A DNA stretch of 64,000 nt from Alphaproteobacteria bacterium (GTDB lineage: Bacteria > Pseudomonadota > Alphaproteobacteria > SP197), in assembly GCA_964291265.2 (NCBI GenBank), contig OZ219747.1, forward strand, positions 1,088,001 through 1,152,000, in the 5' to 3' direction. Each line of letters opens with the position of its first letter. Within the stretch, counting starts at the first letter, position 1. This document shows, one piece after another, positions 1-9,578 of the stretch. The notes beneath the pieces are model-generated. The model was not told the DNA's origin, searched no databases, and saw nothing but the letters and a program-made list of their open reading frames with translations. The position numbers and the translations under genes were made by a program.

Positions 1-1169
1 GATGCCGCCGGAGGCTCCGCCTGCGGCAGCTCGATGCCTGCGGCCTCGCAATGCTCCCAGAGTTCGCTGAGCGTGGTCCCGTAGCCTTGCCCGCGCGACG
101 CGGCAACGAGGCGGAGCACGAACAGCATGATCAGCAGGCTGTTGAAGACCCGCCGACGTTTCTGCCAGCGCGCGTCCTCGCGTTCCGCAATCGCAACGGC
201 GGCCGCAACAAGCGCCTCCCAGCGCTTCGAGAACCGCCGGTCGGCGATGGCGGACCGTCCCCGTTCAGCACGCGTCGCAGGCTTCTTCCTCGCCGCGCCG
301 CTCTCCGAGCGCAGGATCTCGCGAGCACCCCGCTCAAGCGCCAGTACGTAGACCCCTTTGCGCGACTTGCCCCGGCCCGCGGTATCACCGATGCGTTGCC
401 AGTTGGCCGCACGGTAGCACGAGGCCTTGAACCGGGTCTCGTCGACGAAGGTCTCGATGAGGACGGGACGCCAGCCGTGAAGACGCTCCCAGTCGTCGGC
501 GAGGCGGCGCGTCGCCATGGCCAGGGCCGAGGACGCAAGGTTCTTCGAGACGACCCAGGGAAACACCAGGTACCTTGAATTGACCGTCATCAGGTGCCGC
601 TTGCTGTCACGCCTGCGGTTCGTCCAGCCGATCCAGCGGTCCCGGCAGGGAAGTGTCTTCGTTGTCGCCTCGAACAGGATGCAGCCCAGCTTGCGCCCCT
701 GCCTGTCGGTGACGAAGTAGCGGACATGCGCCCCGTAGGGGCGCTTGTAGCCGAGGTAATGATACCGGTCGACGAAGGCGTTCCACAGCTGCCGCCCCTC
801 GGTGTCGGTGACGGGCTCGACGCGAAGCGGGCACAGTTCCGACAGCGGCGCCACGATCTCCGGCTGCGGGTCCGAGGCCGAGGTCCAGGCAGGGGGGCAG
901 GTCATGTCGCGGACGTGGTCCTCGCGCAAGGGCGGCAAGGTCAGGATGCCGCAGCGCTCCAGGGTCTCCAGCATCCCGAGGCAGGCCCCGACCTTGTAGG
1001 CGCCCTTCGCCGTCTTCCAGTGCAGATGCTCGCAGATGGTCTTCGCCAGCTCGTTGCGGCTGTCATGGGGAAACATCTCCACGGTCTCCTGGGCATCCGC
1101 GATCTGCTGGCGGGTCAGGCGGCGGCCCGAGAAGGTGGTCGACGGCAGGGCGACGATTCGCTGGTCCAT
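1..1169 (-). CDS. DUF4338 (DruA-like) domain fused to IS4-type transposase, runs off left edge
   Basis: Manual translation from ATG 1169: MDQRIVALPSTTFSGRRLT...LWNAFVDRYHYLGY...RDRWIGW...NSRYLVFPWV..KNLAS...PVLIETFVD...CYRAANWQRIG (DUF4338 motifs), then RWQKRRRVFNSLLIMLFVLRL. No stop in window, so absent from the ORF track. Confidence 0.8.
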   Translation of the reverse strand, partial: MDQRIVALPSTTFSGRRLTRQQIADAQETVEMFPHDSRNELAKTICEHLHWKTAKGAYKVGACLGMLETLERCGILTLPPLREDHVRDMTCPPAWTSASDPQPEIVAPLSELCPLRVEPVTDTEGRQLWNAFVDRYHYLGYKRPYGAHVRYFVTDRQGRKLGCILFEATTKTLPCRDRWIGWTNRRRDSKRHLMTVNSRYLVFPWVVSKNLASSALAMATRRLADDWERLHGWRPVLIETFVDETRFKASCYRAANWQRIGDTAGRGKSRKGVYVLALERGAREILRSESGAARKKPATRAERGRSAIADRRFSKRWEALVAAAVAIAEREDARWQKRRRVFNSLLIMLFVLRLVAASRGQGYGTTLSELWEHCEAAGIELPQAEPPAA

Positions 1170-1292
1170 GAGTGCTTCCGCATCACCGATTCGGGGACAT
1201 CTTGCAAATCAGCGAATGCTTGTCAAGCAATGCGTGTGGAAAAACGTCCGAGAAAAGTAAAGTCCTTTATGTCAATGGGTTGACGGCGTAGG
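1..1292 (-). mobile_element. IS4-family-like insertion sequence, partial (other end outside window)
   Basis: Transposase ORF plus an AT-richer leader ending in a candidate terminus (minus strand CCTACGCCGTCAACCCATTGACAT) at ~1292. No target duplication can be checked. Confidence 0.7.
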
Positions 1293-2624
1293 ACAAGCCG
1301 CCGTTACATCGGCAGACATGCCCGAATACCATTGGGCCGCGAGGTGGCGGCGCAGGAGGTCCCAGCGGTAGGCGGCGCGCGGGGCGATGCCGTCGACGGC
1401 GAGGACGAGGCGCCCGCGCGAGACCAGCCAGGAGCCGCCGACATCGTGGTTGACGCCGCGTACCGTGAGGGCGCCGCCCTCGGCGAAGCGGAAGATGGCG
1501 TCGCGGCCCATGTAGGGGAGGACGACATCGTCGTTCGCCGCCACCAGCCAGTCGGTCACGGCAAAGAGCGGATGGCGCTCGTCGGTGGCGAAGACCGGCA
1601 GGGCGTCGCCCGGGCGGTGGGCGTAGTCCCGGGTCGCCGGGAAGGTCTCCCAGTCCAGTTCGACACGGCGGGTGGCGGCATTCCACGCCAGGTGCCCGAT
1701 GTCGAGGATCTCGCCTGCCTCATCGACCGCCCACAGCTCGTCGCCCTCGGCGTGGAGCGCCAGGACGTACTCCCGGCCCAGGGCGTCGGTGACGATCGTG
1801 CCGTTGTTCTCCTTCAGCAGCGCGGCGAAGCGCAGCCGCGCCGCGTGCTCCGGATCGTCCGACAGCGCCGCTGTCGGTTCGGTCTCCTCGCCGGGGTGGT
1901 CGGCGCCGCGGAGCCGGTCGTGAATGTCGAACGGGCAGTGGGCCGGGAGTTCGGGGCGACCGGGAGCCTTGAAGCACCAATACCAGATGTCCCAGGGGTG
2001 CGCAGCGGCAACGCCGGTGTGGGTCGCCGGGAGCGACGTGTGGCGGTAGGGAGCATTCGGATCCTGGTCGAGGAGTTTCCAGATCGTCGGGTGGGTCTGC
2101 TTATTGTTGATGGGTACATGGTCCGGGATCGGCAGTTCCGGGCAGGCGTCCGCCATGAACCGCGGCCAGCTCTCCTGGACCCATCCGTCGGAGGAGAAAG
2201 ACCAGTAATCACCGCGTCCGGCGCGCCACTCCTCGACATGGAGACGCCCGGTGTCCGGGTTGTAGAACACCGGGGCGAGCGTGCCGTCGCGGTATTCCAC
2301 CGCTGCGGTCCAGCCCTCGCCTGATCGTGTGAACGGGCTGTGCGTCTGGTGAACTTCCGCCCGGTAGCGCCGCTTCTCACCCGTGCACTCCAGAATGTGA
2401 CCGTCCGGGTGGTGGTAGGTCGCGGAGGTAACGAGCCAGTGGCTCCAGTCTCCGGTCCATGCCTCGAACTGGATCGCAACCCGCCCGGCGAGGACCTCGC
2501 TGTAGAGTGCGGACGGCAGATGAGACCCCGGGTTCGGCGTGCGTTCGGCCACGCCGGTGGTCTTGCATCCGGCGAGGGCCATGAGGGCGGCGGCGAGCGG
2601 GGCGGCGAGAACGTGTCGAACCAT
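1272..2624 (-). CDS. Hypothetical Trp-rich lipoprotein
   Basis: GAAGGAG RBS before ATG 2624; signal peptide with lipobox LAG-C; no family recognised. Confidence 0.7.
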   Translation of the reverse strand: MVRHVLAAPLAAALMALAGCKTTGVAERTPNPGSHLPSALYSEVLAGRVAIQFEAWTGDWSHWLVTSATYHHPDGHILECTGEKRRYRAEVHQTHSPFTRSGEGWTAAVEYRDGTLAPVFYNPDTGRLHVEEWRAGRGDYWSFSSDGWVQESWPRFMADACPELPIPDHVPINNKQTHPTIWKLLDQDPNAPYRHTSLPATHTGVAAAHPWDIWYWCFKAPGRPELPAHCPFDIHDRLRGADHPGEETEPTAALSDDPEHAARLRFAALLKENNGTIVTDALGREYVLALHAEGDELWAVDEAGEILDIGHLAWNAATRRVELDWETFPATRDYAHRPGDALPVFATDERHPLFAVTDWLVAANDDVVLPYMGRDAIFRFAEGGALTVRGVNHDVGGSWLVSRGRLVLAVDGIAPRAAYRWDLLRRHLAAQWYSGMSADVTAACPTPSTH

Positions 2625-2719
2625 GGTTTTTCTCCTTCGGGTTCCAGACGGCGGGATCACTATTTGTTCCCCTATTGTACCACCTTCCGGGAACCCCTCT
2701 TGGCGCGGGGTGTAAGCGG

Positions 2720-4204
2720 TCATCCGCGGCCCCGGTCGCTGTCGCCGCGGCCGATACCGCCGGCTGGCCCTTTGCCCCTGTCGCCTGGGCCCCCACCGCC
2801 GCCTCCCGTTGGGGAGTTGTTGACCGACCGGGCGTTGCGGAGGTCCTTGGCCGGCACCTGCCCCATGGTGTGGTAGTCGGCGCGGCCGTCGAAGTTGACG
2901 TCGATTCCCGAGTCCGGGTCGTTGCCGCCGCGGTCATTGCCGCCGTTGCCGCTGCTGGGGCAGCCGCCGCCCTTGTCGCGGTCGACGCACGGGGTCGGCG
3001 TGCGTGGCGGCGGTGGTGTCGGCGTCCGTGTCGGCGTCACGGTGGTCGTGTCGCCGCCGCCGCTGTTGCCGGTCGTCGTCACGCTCACCGTCACGACCGG
3101 TGGTGGAGGCGGCGGCGGTGGAGGCGGCGGCAGGCGGCAGCTGGTGGCGGTGGTGGTCCACGACCCGGTCGACACCAGGCGCGTCGTCGGCGCGGCGTCC
3201 CACGGCCACTGGCGGTTGAACCAGGTCAGCGTGCGCCTCTGGGTGCGGCTGCCGATGAACCCCGCCGCGCAGCCGACCGTGCGGCTGCTCGTGGTGGTGG
3301 AGGACCAGTCCCGCGGCACGGGCGGGGTCGGGTTCGGATCCGTCCAGCAGCTCGTCGAGACGAACTGCGGCGGCGTGCGCCAGGACTGGCCAGCGGCGGT
3401 GACGGCGCGCTGGCGCCGCCACACGGTCTCGCCGGTGAGGGTTCCCTGGTGCGGCGGTCCGGGCGTGAAGGTGCAGGGCTGGCGGAAGTGCACCCACTCC
3501 GTGTAGTCGGGCACGCAGTGATCGACGAGCAGGCGCCAGGCGCCGGGCACGGGGTTGCCGACGGCGGCGCCGCGGCCGTTGACCTCCTGGACGAGGTCGC
3601 GCACCCAGGCCTGGCCGGTGCCGTGGGTGGCGGCCGGGCAGGGCCGGTTCTGGCGCTCCGGCGTCAGCACCTGGCTGCGCACCGTGAGGGGATCGATCAC
3701 TTCTCCGGCCAGGGCGACGCGGCCCTCCGGCAGGGCGCCGGCCATGCAGGCCGGCAGGGTGACGCTGGCGCGGCCGAGGATGCCGCGGGCGGCGCCGGCC
3801 TCGAGCCAGTGGAGCGGCGGGACCGCGTCGTGGGTGCGCGCGGCCTCGATGTGGGGCGCGAGGCGGACCGCGCGCTGATCGGCGCCGACGCCCTTGAGGT
3901 CGGTGGCCGCGGCGAAGACGACGAGGACCTGGCCGCAGTAGAGCGCGCCGAGGCCGCGCTCCGTCCAGTCGGCCTGCCAGCCGGTGGCCGCGGGCGGCGT
4001 GGCGCCCGGCCACGCCGTCGGCGCGCTGGAGCGCAGGCGGATGTGATCCTCGAGGCGCTGCCAGGCGGCCTCGATGGTCTGCGCGTGGTTGAGGGCTTCA
4101 GCCGTGGCGGCCAGGGCTGTCGGCGCTCCTCCCAGGAAGCCTGCCAGGGCGGCGGCGAGGGCGGCGAGGCGGAGAGGCTTTGCGTAACCGTCAGGGGTCG
4201 GCAT
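2720..4204 (-). CDS. Secreted PilV-like/adhesin-like protein with Cys-bounded repeats and Pro/Thr/Gly-rich tail
   Basis: Hydrophobic N-terminal signal, three C...C modules, 11-Pro run, DVNFDGRAD motif; overlaps the end of the pilO-like gene. Confidence 0.6.
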   Translation of the reverse strand: MPTPDGYAKPLRLAALAAALAGFLGGAPTALAATAEALNHAQTIEAAWQRLEDHIRLRSSAPTAWPGATPPAATGWQADWTERGLGALYCGQVLVVFAAATDLKGVGADQRAVRLAPHIEAARTHDAVPPLHWLEAGAARGILGRASVTLPACMAGALPEGRVALAGEVIDPLTVRSQVLTPERQNRPCPAATHGTGQAWVRDLVQEVNGRGAAVGNPVPGAWRLLVDHCVPDYTEWVHFRQPCTFTPGPPHQGTLTGETVWRRQRAVTAAGQSWRTPPQFVSTSCWTDPNPTPPVPRDWSSTTTSSRTVGCAAGFIGSRTQRRTLTWFNRQWPWDAAPTTRLVSTGSWTTTATSCRLPPPPPPPPPPPVVTVSVTTTGNSGGGDTTTVTPTRTPTPPPPRTPTPCVDRDKGGGCPSSGNGGNDRGGNDPDSGIDVNFDGRADYHTMGQVPAKDLRNARSVNNSPTGGGGGGPGDRGKGPAGGIGRGDSDRGRG

Positions 4205-5441
4205 GGGTGATCTCCGTCAGCGGCGCCAGGGGTCGGGTCAATGCCTCGAAGACGCTCTCCAGGACGACGATCGGCGCCAGGGGCTGCGCCGAGAGGCGCC
4301 AGGTCCCGTCGGGCGAACGGGAGACTGCCGTCACCTCGAGTTCGGGGACCGCGGCTGCCGCCTGGCGCAGGCGGGCGAGCGATCCCGCGCCGGTCGCCGC
4401 GATGCGCCAGGCGCCGCCGTCGAGGGAGTAGGAGAGTTCCGAGGCCCAGGCGCCCACGTGGCGGTCGACCGCGGCGCGGAGCTCGCGGAAGACCGGCGTA
4501 TCCTCGCGCCATGTCTCGACGATGACGGGGTCGAGGGCCGTCACGGCCCAGGCCCGGGCCCCCTGGACCTGGCCGGCTCCCCGGCCGGGGAGGTGCACCT
4601 CCTCCATCAGCCGGCGGTTGATCGCGGGGTGGTGGCCGGCCTCCAGGGACCAGCGCAGCACCAGGGCCGGCCTCCCGGCGAGGCCGGGGAGCTGGTCAAG
4701 GACTGGCGTATCGGCAAGGCGGGCCTGGCACGCCGCCTCGTCGAGACGCCACCCCGGAAATCCTGGCGGGTGGGCCTGGATCGCCTCGTCGCAGAGGGCG
4801 AGGAACGCCGTGGTGTCCGTCACCGTCATCACCTGGCGCTCCTCGACCTCCGCCACTGGCGGAGGCTCCGGCGGAAAGAACATCTCCCACACCCGCGGAC
4901 CGAACTGCCAGGCGGCGATGCCGATCCCTCCCAGCACGGCGGCCGAGGCGATGATGCGCAGGGCGCCGCGAAGGCGGCTCGCCGTGGGCGCCGACTCCAG
5001 GCGCATCTCGTCGGTGATCTGCACCACGGAGAGATCGAGGGGCCGGGCGGTGTCGATGTTCAGCGGGCCGGACGCATGGCGCGGCTTCTCCGACTGCAGC
5101 AGGATGGAGGCTGCGTCCTCCGTCTCGAGACGGGACTCGGCCGGCCTTTCCTCCAGACGACTGGAGCCGCAGCGCACCACGGCGACCTTGCCGTCGTCGT
5201 CGGCGATCGCGGTGATCCAGTCCGGGCTGCCGATGGCGGCATGGACAGCCACGGCCAGGCTGATGGTCGCCGAGGGGTCGCCTTCGTCGGCGGCGGCGAA
5301 CCCCGTCTGGTGTGCGGTGTGGACGAAGGCCGCCGCGCCGAGTTCGCGCGCCGAGGCGGCGAGATCGCTCTCGCCGACGCGGGGCCGCCAGGCGAGGCCC
5401 GCGGCGAAGGTCGCGCCGCGAATGGTCAGCAGGCTGCTCAC
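4191..5441 (-). CDS. Type IVb pilus PilO-like accessory protein
   Basis: N-terminal FAAGLAWRP motif, single central TM helix, GTGA overlap with the secretin gene. Confidence 0.65.
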   Translation of the reverse strand: MSSLLTIRGATFAAGLAWRPRVGESDLAASARELGAAAFVHTAHQTGFAAADEGDPSATISLAVAVHAAIGSPDWITAIADDDGKVAVVRCGSSRLEERPAESRLETEDAASILLQSEKPRHASGPLNIDTARPLDLSVVQITDEMRLESAPTASRLRGALRIIASAAVLGGIGIAAWQFGPRVWEMFFPPEPPPVAEVEERQVMTVTDTTAFLALCDEAIQAHPPGFPGWRLDEAACQARLADTPVLDQLPGLAGRPALVLRWSLEAGHHPAINRRLMEEVHLPGRGAGQVQGARAWAVTALDPVIVETWREDTPVFRELRAAVDRHVGAWASELSYSLDGGAWRIAATGAGSLARLRQAAAAVPELEVTAVSRSPDGTWRLSAQPLAPIVVLESVFEALTRPLAPLTEITHADP

Positions 5442-7069
5442 AGGACCTCCCCCGGGCGCTCGAGGATGCCCATGGGCGCCCCGGCCTCGGCGCGGATCAG
5501 GAGCACCTGCTCGGTGAGGACATCCTCGGAGGCCGTGCCGCCGAAAGGCAGGGGAACGTCGGCGTCGAAGGTGCCCGACCGGTCGCCGCTCGTGGCCCGG
5601 TCCCGGAAGCCGGTGATGACAAGGGTCTCGCCGCGCCCCACGCGCTGGGTGATCTGCACCGCGCGGTTGCCGAAGGATGGAAGCTGCAGGCGGAGAGCGC
5701 CGCCGGCGCCGCCGGCGGCGAAGACCTCGAAGGCCGGGCGGTCGACGATGGAGGCGAAGAGCCGCACCAGGACCTCGCCCGGCGCGACGATCTGGGCGGT
5801 GTAGGTCAGCGAGAAGCCCGAGGCGATGTTCCCGGGGATGAGGTTGGTCTGCAGCAGTCCGTCCTGCAGCGTGGTGCGGATCTCCTTGAGGTAGGCCCGC
5901 GAGAAGAGCTCGGTGAACTGGGCTGGCTGGGCGTTCAGCGACGGCAGGGTGGCGGTCAGCTCCCGCGACACCGTTCCCGCTTCCTGGAGGGCTTTAACCG
6001 CGGCGTCGAGGGTGTCGGCAGCAGGTCCGGGCTGGATGACGCTGATGTCGTTGCTGACGACGCTGATGCCGGCTGACGTGCCGAATACGCTCTCGAGGGC
6101 GCCGGCGATGCCGAGGTCGAAGGACCTCTGGTCGGTGAAGCGCACGGTGTAGACCGCGACGGTCAGCGTGACGGGCCGCAGGACCGTGCGGTTGAGCCAG
6201 TCCATGTAGCGGCGGGCGCGGTCGATGTCGCGAGGCAGGCCCGCGACGGTCATCGACGCCGTCGCCGGTGCGGCGGCGACCGTCGTGGAGGGATGGAGGA
6301 CGGCGACCAGCTGCTCCGTGATGTCGGTCCACGGGTCGTAGGTCGCCTCCGTCGTGATCGCCTGATCGGCGGTGTTGCCGGCCTCGCTCTCTCCGGCGGC
6401 GTCCGAGGCGGCAGTGGACCCGGACGCGGTCTGCACGCCGGCGAGGGCGTTCAGCCGGAAGACGACCGCCTCGGCGCGAACGACCATGATCTCGCCCTCG
6501 TCAGGGTCCCAGTGCCAGCGATAGCCCCGGGTCGCGGTCCAGGCATCGAGGAGAGCGTCGAGCGGTCCAGTCCAGATGCCTCCTTCCGGGAGGGCGGTCG
6601 GTGCGCTCTGGAAGGGATCCTCCGGCGCCTCGACCGGACGGGTGCCGGTGAAGCGCACGGGGACACCGGTGGCGGCCTCGATGGTGGCGGCGAGGTTGAC
6701 GTCGTCCGTGAGTCCGGCGAGCGAGAGCGACACCGCGTCCTCGGCCACGAGCTCGTCCGGGAGGGTCGGTGCCTCGTCCTCGATGACGGTGAGGCCCGTC
6801 CAGGGGCGCTCGGGGTCGACGGTCAGCACCGAGTATCCCGGTGTGGCGGATGGCGCCAGCTCCTCGATGATTCCGCTGACGTCCTCGGTGTGCTGGCGGA
6901 CACTTTCCGATCCGCCGGGGTCGAATGCGCTGCAGGCGGTCAGGGTCGCCGGCAAAGTGAAAATGAGGAGAAGGCGGACCGGGGAAACCGACATGATGCG
7001 CCGCCGCAGCCGATCGGGGTTGACGGCAGCCGCCAAGTGGCGGATACTGACCATATCCAGCGTCGCCAT
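5438..7069 (-). CDS. pilN: PilN/BfpB-type lipoprotein secretin
   Basis: Lipobox LTAC; WTGPLDALLD N-domain; C-terminal secretin motifs (LNAQPA, GETLVITGF). Confidence 0.75.
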   Translation of the reverse strand: MATLDMVSIRHLAAAVNPDRLRRRIMSVSPVRLLLIFTLPATLTACSAFDPGGSESVRQHTEDVSGIIEELAPSATPGYSVLTVDPERPWTGLTVIEDEAPTLPDELVAEDAVSLSLAGLTDDVNLAATIEAATGVPVRFTGTRPVEAPEDPFQSAPTALPEGGIWTGPLDALLDAWTATRGYRWHWDPDEGEIMVVRAEAVVFRLNALAGVQTASGSTAASDAAGESEAGNTADQAITTEATYDPWTDITEQLVAVLHPSTTVAAAPATASMTVAGLPRDIDRARRYMDWLNRTVLRPVTLTVAVYTVRFTDQRSFDLGIAGALESVFGTSAGISVVSNDISVIQPGPAADTLDAAVKALQEAGTVSRELTATLPSLNAQPAQFTELFSRAYLKEIRTTLQDGLLQTNLIPGNIASGFSLTYTAQIVAPGEVLVRLFASIVDRPAFEVFAAGGAGGALRLQLPSFGNRAVQITQRVGRGETLVITGFRDRATSGDRSGTFDADVPLPFGGTASEDVLTEQVLLIRAEAGAPMGILERPGEVL

Positions 7070-7129
7070 TGGCTATGGCGTGGGGTTATGGGAGGCCGCT
7101 GATTGTTCGCGCCCTGCGGCCTGATGTCG

Positions 7130-7858
7130 TCAGCGGACCACTAGGGCGAGGGCAACGAGGACAAGCAGTACGGCGACGAGCCTGCGGAAGAATTGCTCCG
7201 GCACGCGTCCCGCGATCACCTGACCCAGGAAGGTCCCGGCGACAACGGGTGCTGCCAGCCGCAGGCATTCGTCGACGACCCGGTACGGGACGCCTTCCGT
7301 GATGCCCTGCAGGGCCAGGGCGGCCGGGTAGCAGACAAGAGCGACGACAAGCAGGGTGGTGCGTGTTTGCGCCTTCTTAAGTCCGGCAGCCGAGGCCCAG
7401 GCGGCAACCGGTGGGCCGGGCATGGCGAGTGTCACGGTCATGGCGCCGCTCGTCAGACCGGTCAGCATGCGACCCGTGATGCTGTTCCGACCGACGACGA
7501 TCCGGCGCTCGTGGACCCCTGTCGAAAGGGCGGCCATGGCCAGCACCGCCGCGGCGGCCCACCACTTGAGATCGGCCACCGTCGCTGTGGCGAAGGCGAG
7601 GGTGCCCACGATCAGCCCGGCAGCGGCGCCGCCAAGGAGGTGCTTGAGAAGGATCGGGTCAACTGCGTCGAGGGACCTGCGGACCAGGATCAGCGAAGGA
7701 ATGGTGGAAAGCACGATGGTCACCTGGATCGCTGCCGTATCGCCCATGGCGATCAGCAGGACCGGTCCGGCGATGATGCCGAACCCCATGCCTGTCGCGG
7801 CCTGGAGTAGCGCCGCCAGAAACACTACAGCGATGACGGCGAGCGCAACGGCCGTCAT
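7130..7858 (-). CDS. TauE/SafE family sulfite/sulfonate exporter
   Basis: ATGMGFGII and MPGPP motifs, multiple TM helices. Confidence 0.8.
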   Translation of the reverse strand: MTAVALAVIAVVFLAALLQAATGMGFGIIAGPVLLIAMGDTAAIQVTIVLSTIPSLILVRRSLDAVDPILLKHLLGGAAAGLIVGTLAFATATVADLKWWAAAAVLAMAALSTGVHERRIVVGRNSITGRMLTGLTSGAMTVTLAMPGPPVAAWASAAGLKKAQTRTTLLVVALVCYPAALALQGITEGVPYRVVDECLRLAAPVVAGTFLGQVIAGRVPEQFFRRLVAVLLVLVALALVVR

Positions 7859-7874
7859 ACGGTTCTTCGGCGTG

Positions 7875-9500
7875 TCACCGGGATGCGGCCCGTTCCCTCA
7901 GGACGAACTTCTGTATCTTGCCGGTGGAGGTCTTGGGGAGTTCGCCGAACACCACGTGCTTCGGACACTTGAAGTGCGCCAGGTTGTCCCGGCAGAAGGC
8001 GATCAGATCGTCAGCCGTGGCCGTCATGTCGGGCTTGAGCGTGACAAAGGCGCACGGCGTTTCACCCCACATGTCGTCAGGACACGCGACCACCGCCGCT
8101 TCGGCCACAGCCGGATGGCGATAGAGAACACCCTCGACCTCGATGGTCGATATGTTCTCTCCTCCGGAGATGATGATGTCCTTGCTGCGATCCCTGATCT
8201 CGACATAGCCGTCCGGGTGGATGACCGCCAGATCGCCGGTGTGGAACCATCCGCCGCGGAAGGCCTCGGCGCTTGCCCGGGGGTTCTTGAGATAGCCGGA
8301 CATGGTGATGTTGCCGCGCATCATGATCTCGCCCATGGTCTCGCCATCCGACGGTACGGATTCCATGGTCTCCGGCTCGGCGACCATCATGGCCTCCTGA
8401 ACGGCATAGGTCACACCCTGGCGGGCCTTCCGGTCAGCCTGTCCGGAGGCAGGCAGGTCTTGCCATTCGGGGTGCCATGCACACACGGTCGCCGGTCCAT
8501 AGGTTTCGGTCAGGCCGTAGACATGGGTGACTTCGATGCCGCGGGCCGCCATGCGTTCAAGGACGGCGGCCGGGGGCGCGGCGCCCGCGGTCATCATCTT
8601 CACATGATGACGAATGCCCTGCCAAAGTGCCTCGGAGCCGGCCAGCATCATGTTCATGACGACAGGCGCGCCGCAGAGATGCGTAACCCCATGCGCTCCG
8701 ATGGCGCCCAGGATCGCCTCGGCGGAGAGTGTGCGCAGGCAGACGTGTGTTCCCGCCATGGCGGTCACGGTCCACGGGAAACACCAGCCGTTGCAGTGGA
8801 ACATCGGCAGGGTCCACAGATAGACAGGATGGTGCGGCATCGACCAGGTGATGGCGTTGCCGAGAGCGTTCAGATAGGCGCCGCGGTGGTGGTAGACGAC
8901 ACCCTTGGGGTTGCCGGTGGTGCCTGACGTGTAGTTCAGCGCAATCGGCTGCCACTCGTCGTCGGGCCCCGTCCAGTGACCTGTTTCCTCTCCCTCGGAG
9001 AGCAATTCCTCGTAGGTCAACTCACCGAGAAGCCGCCCTGCGCCGTGGGCTTGGGGATCGTCGATATCGACGACGAGCAGTCGGCGCCCGAGTCCGGCCA
9101 GGGCCTCGCTCACCGTTGGCGACAAGGTCCTGTCGGTGATGAGAACGCTGGCTTCACCGTGTTCAAGGATGAAGCGAATGGCGTCGGCGTCGAGACGGAT
9201 GTTGAGGGAATTGAGCACGGCGCCCGTCATCGGCACGGCAAGGCTCGCTTCGACGAACTCCGGCAGATTGGGCGCCATGATGGCCACGGTGTCGCCCCTG
9301 GCCACGCCACGCTTTTGCAACGCCGAGGCAAGTCTGCGACAGCGCCTGGCCGTGTCGCGCCATGTCCTCCTCAGCAGGCCATGGATCACGGCGATCCGGT
9401 CCGGCCATACCGCCGCCGTCCGGTCGAGGAACGACACGGGAGACAGTGGCACGTGGTTGGCGTCGTTGCGCCCTAGTCCTTCGGTCCAGATGTCAGCCAT
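7875..9500 (-). CDS. Acyl-CoA synthetase (possible DmdB-like methylmercaptopropionate-CoA ligase)
   Basis: NYTSGTTGNPKG, YGLTE, GWFHTGD, PKTSTGK AMP-binding motifs; substrate is inference. Confidence 0.85.
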   Translation of the reverse strand: MADIWTEGLGRNDANHVPLSPVSFLDRTAAVWPDRIAVIHGLLRRTWRDTARRCRRLASALQKRGVARGDTVAIMAPNLPEFVEASLAVPMTGAVLNSLNIRLDADAIRFILEHGEASVLITDRTLSPTVSEALAGLGRRLLVVDIDDPQAHGAGRLLGELTYEELLSEGEETGHWTGPDDEWQPIALNYTSGTTGNPKGVVYHHRGAYLNALGNAITWSMPHHPVYLWTLPMFHCNGWCFPWTVTAMAGTHVCLRTLSAEAILGAIGAHGVTHLCGAPVVMNMMLAGSEALWQGIRHHVKMMTAGAAPPAAVLERMAARGIEVTHVYGLTETYGPATVCAWHPEWQDLPASGQADRKARQGVTYAVQEAMMVAEPETMESVPSDGETMGEIMMRGNITMSGYLKNPRASAEAFRGGWFHTGDLAVIHPDGYVEIRDRSKDIIISGGENISTIEVEGVLYRHPAVAEAAVVACPDDMWGETPCAFVTLKPDMTATADDLIAFCRDNLAHFKCPKHVVFGELPKTSTGKIQKFVLRERAASR

Positions 9501-9578
9501 TGTGCGCACCTCTCGCCTAGCCCGTCCGATTTATCGCCGTCATCGGGATCATTGCAAGCGGGTGACGGACGCGGCACC

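Noticed and set aside
51-1283. Plus-strand ORFs 51-578 and 594-1283
   Set aside because: Antisense shadows of the minus-strand transposase; the same applies to most long overlapping ORFs in this GC-rich window.
2720-4204. Shufflon at the PilV-like gene
   Set aside because: No recombinase gene, repeated sfx-like sites or alternative C-terminal cassettes seen.
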